Below, piece after piece: positions 61,283-64,000 of a stretch of 64,000 nt of DNA. The notes under the pieces are model-generated. The model searched no databases and was not told the origin of the DNA. It saw nothing but the letters and a program-made list of their open reading frames with translations. The position numbers and the translations under genes are program-made. Source of the stretch: Alphaproteobacteria bacterium RIFCSPHIGHO2_01_FULL_41_14 (GTDB taxonomy: Bacteria; Pseudomonadota; Alphaproteobacteria; UBA7879; UBA5542). Location of the stretch: assembly GCA_001767855.1 (NCBI GenBank), contig MEMF01000002.1:808893-872892 (forward strand), written 5' to 3'. The stretch's first letter is position 1. Each line of letters starts with the position of its first letter.

Positions 61283-62098
61283 TTATTTCTTCCTGCGGCT
61301 AACAATCCACTTGCTGGTAGATTTATTAGACCTTGTTTTCTTACCCTTGGTATGTTTCCCCCATGGAGTCACTGGGTGGCGACCTCCATTCGTACGACCC
61401 CCATGTGGGTGATCAACGGGGTTCATGGCAATGCCTCGCACTGAAGGGCGACGTCCAAGCCAACGCGAACGGCCTGCTTTGCCAAGGTTAATGTTCTTTT
61501 GATCTGGATTTGAAACCGCTCCAATGGTGGCACGACATTCAAGAGAAACTAATCTGACTTCGCCAGAGCTAAGCTTAAGGAGCGCCCGCCCGCCATCACG
61601 ACCCACATACTGAACATAAGACCCAGCAGAACGAGCGATTTGCCCCCCTTTGCCTGGCTTCATTTCCACATTGTGGACAATCGTTCCCATGGGGATACTG
61701 GATAAAGGCATGGCATTTCCGGGGCGGACTTCCACCTTCAACCCAGAAAGCAACCGGTCGCCAATGGCCACTTTTTGGGGCGCAATGATATAAGAGAGCA
61801 CCCCATCATCATACTTTAACAAAGCAATATGACAGGTGCGGTTGGGATCGTACTCGATCCGCTCGACTGTTGCGCCCACATCAAATTTAGACCGTATGAA
61901 GTCAATGGTGCGATAGAGCTGCTTATGCCCACCCCCGTGACGACGTGACGTAATACGACCATGATTGTTCCGACCGCCTGTCTTGGTTTGACCCGCAACC
62001 AAAGATTTTTCAGGACGTCCCTTCCAAAGACCCGTTCTGTCAACGAGAACCAACTGTCTTGTAGAAGGAGTAACAGGATTAAAACTTTTTAAAGCCAT
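61283..62098 (-). CDS. rplB: 50S ribosomal protein L2
   Basis: [18 protein letters not shown]. Confidence 0.98.
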   Translation of the reverse strand: MALKSFNPVTPSTRQLVLVDRTGLWKGRPEKSLVAGQTKTGGRNNHGRITSRRHGGGHKQLYRTIDFIRSKFDVGATVERIEYDPNRTCHIALLKYDDGVLSYIIAPQKVAIGDRLLSGLKVEVRPGNAMPLSSIPMGTIVHNVEMKPGKGGQIARSAGSYVQYVGRDGGRALLKLSSGEVRLVSLECRATIGAVSNPDQKNINLGKAGRSRWLGRRPSVRGIAMNPVDHPHGGRTNGGRHPVTPWGKHTKGKKTRSNKSTSKWIVSRRKK

Positions 62099-62103
62099 TT
62101 CAA

Positions 62104-62421
62104 CTAAATTCCTACGCTAATATCAATCGTTTGACCGGCTTTTAACCGAACAATCGCTTTTTTGTAATCAGACCGCCGACCACGACGCCCCTTGAAAACT
62201 TTCAATTTTCCAGCCGCGTTCATGGTATTAACAGAAACCACTGCTACTTTAAAGATTTTTTCAACAGCAGCCTTCACTTCTTTCTTGGTTGCATCCGTAG
62301 CAACTTTGAAAGAATACTGATTATTCTGTGTCAAAAACGTGGCCTTTTCTGTAATCAAAGGCGTCCGAATAATGTCGTATGCCAAACCAACTGAAATTTT
62401 GTTTGGTTCTATTTTTTTCAT
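62104..62421 (-). CDS. rplW: 50S ribosomal protein L23
   Basis: [16 protein letters not shown]. Confidence 0.96.
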   Translation of the reverse strand: MKKIEPNKISVGLAYDIIRTPLITEKATFLTQNNQYSFKVATDATKKEVKAAVEKIFKVAVVSVNTMNAAGKLKVFKGRRGRRSDYKKAIVRLKAGQTIDISVGI

Positions 62422-63038
62422 ACCAATCTCGCTTCTAAGTGATGCACGGCATCCTTTGACAAAACCAAAGTACCACACTTCATAATGCTATAAACATTTG
62501 CCCCTTGTTGCGGCAATACGTGCACATTGGCCAAATTGCTGGAGGCTTTGCAGAAGTTTTCATTAAGCTCAGTGCCTCCGATAAACAAAGGCGACTTCCA
62601 TCCATTCTTCAGGATCAAGGCACTTAAGTCTTTTGCTTTTGCCTTCTTCATCTCTAAAGCATCCAAGACAACCAAAGAACCTTGCGCTGCCTTCATGGCC
62701 AAGACAGATCTTAGCGCCAACTTACGTACTTTCTTTGGAAGGTCAAAACTGTGATCTCTTTTGTGTGGACCAAAAACAACCGCTCCTCCCCGCATATGAG
62801 GACCCCGAAGAGATCCTTGACGCGCGCGCCCTGTTCCCTTTTGACGGAAGGGTTTCTTTGTGGTTCCTCTAACCGCCCAAATTTCCTTAGTTTGATGGTT
62901 GCCAGAACGCGCCTTCGCGAGCTGCCAACGAATCATTCTGTGAATGATATCCGGACGGGTTGGAATGCCAAAAACATGGTCGCTTAGATCAATCGACCCT
63001 AGTTTCTTATTTTCTAAATCTATGAGATCCCATTGCAT
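62418..63038 (-). CDS. rplD: 50S ribosomal protein L4
   Basis: KPFRQKGTGRARQGS. Confidence 0.98.
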   Translation of the reverse strand: MQWDLIDLENKKLGSIDLSDHVFGIPTRPDIIHRMIRWQLAKARSGNHQTKEIWAVRGTTKKPFRQKGTGRARQGSLRGPHMRGGAVVFGPHKRDHSFDLPKKVRKLALRSVLAMKAAQGSLVVLDALEMKKAKAKDLSALILKNGWKSPLFIGGTELNENFCKASSNLANVHVLPQQGANVYSIMKCGTLVLSKDAVHHLEARLV

Positions 63039-63053
63039 GAGAAAAAAATCCTT

Positions 63054-63695
63054 TTATTTTCTTTTAATTGCGTCTGTCACGGTAATGAAAGACCCTTTGT
63101 GCCCTGGCACGGCGCCCTTTAAATAAATGAGCCCTTTGTCAGAATCCAAACGAACAACTTGGAGATTCTGAATAGTTACCCTTTCCGCGCCAAGATGTCC
63201 AGCCATTTTCTTGCCTTTGAAAACTTTTCCTGGGTCTTGACGTTGTCCTGTGGATCCATGCGACCGGTGAGAAACGGAACATCCATGGGAGGCCCGGTTG
63301 CCTCCAAAGTTGTGGCGCTTCATTACCCCCGCAAATCCTTTTCCGAGAGACGTGCCAACCACATCCACATACTGTCCCACTTTGAAATGGTCAGGATGAA
63401 GCGTCAGGCCTACTTCTAGGAAGGCATCTTCCCCCACTCGGAATTCTTTAAGGCCCTTTTTCACATCCACCTTATGCTTGGCATACAATCCCTTTTCAGC
63501 TTTGTTCAAAGACTTTTCACGGCCCTTTCCAAAACCAATCTGAACGGCATTATAGCCATGAAGAGCTTCTGTTTTATGGGCTAAAACTTGGCAAGATTCT
63601 AAATGAAGAACCGTTACAGGAACATGCTCTCCTTGTTCGTCAAAAAGACGCGTCATCCCAATTTTTTCTGCAACTAAACCTGTTCTCATCATCAT
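63054..63695 (-). CDS. rplC: 50S ribosomal protein L3
   Basis: [25 protein letters not shown]. Confidence 0.98.
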   Translation of the reverse strand: MMMRTGLVAEKIGMTRLFDEQGEHVPVTVLHLESCQVLAHKTEALHGYNAVQIGFGKGREKSLNKAEKGLYAKHKVDVKKGLKEFRVGEDAFLEVGLTLHPDHFKVGQYVDVVGTSLGKGFAGVMKRHNFGGNRASHGCSVSHRSHGSTGQRQDPGKVFKGKKMAGHLGAERVTIQNLQVVRLDSDKGLIYLKGAVPGHKGSFITVTDAIKRK

Positions 63696-63700
63696 AATTC

Positions 63701-64000
63701 CTATAATTTGATCTCTACATCAACGCCGTAAGAAAGCTCTAGCTTCATCAAGGCATCCACTGTTTGAGGTGTCCAATCCACAATATCAAGAACGCGCTTG
63801 TGCGTCCTAATCTCAAACTGCTCCCGCGACTTTTTGTCAATGTGGGGAGAGCGGTTCACGGTAAATTTTTGAATAGCTGTCGGCATGGGAATGGGGCCTC
63901 GCACCAACGCGCCCGTTCTTTTTGCGGTATCCGCCACTTCATGGGCCGATTGATCAAGCATTCTATAATCATAAGCTTTTAATCGAATTCTTATCGTTTG
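63701..64000 (-). CDS. rpsJ: 30S ribosomal protein S10 (5' end beyond the window)
   Basis: [23 protein letters not shown]. Confidence 0.97.
   Translation of the reverse strand, partial: QTIRIRLKAYDYRMLDQSAHEVADTAKRTGALVRGPIPMPTAIQKFTVNRSPHIDKKSREQFEIRTHKRVLDIVDWTPQTVDALMKLELSYGVDVEIKL

Noticed and set aside
50414..64000. Absence of rpsD, rpmJ, infA and map from the spc/alpha cluster, and long plus-strand ORFs such as 51297..51998
   Set aside because: The secY-adk-rpsM-rpsK-rpoA-rplQ order is normal for alphaproteobacteria; the plus-strand ORFs are antisense shadows

Overview
This window looks like part of an alphaproteobacterial chromosome, most plausibly a host-associated Holosporales/Rickettsiales-like organism (inference from gene order and effector content). 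The housekeeping backbone has rpoZ-spoT-acpS-lepB-rnc-era-recO-parC, rnd, gatCAB, pdhABC-lpdA-lipA, rluD, hda, mtaB, ftsY, frameshifted prfB, uvrC, trmL, pgsA, mnmA, HU, a polar amino-acid ABC transporter, three tRNAs (His, Asp, Val) and the S10-spc-alpha ribosomal cluster. About 11 orphan genes with Sec-type signal peptides are inserted into this backbone at 18.8-25.2, 29.3-34.9, 37.3-38.5 and 42.2-44.1 kb. They include two F-box/LRR paralogues, a Sel1-repeat protein, a kinase-like protein, a protein with a basic RVxF (PP1-docking-like) motif, a long protein ending in a HicA-like RNase domain, and a protein with R-S-E ADP-ribosyltransferase-like motifs. The two strongest leads are (1) an orphan PAAR-like (DUF4280) + SPOR + effector cluster next to tRNA-His, and (2) a 1.8-kb toxin-like cassette bracketed by a 79-bp duplication of the uvrC 5' end. 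All domain calls come from reading motifs by eye; no searches were run.
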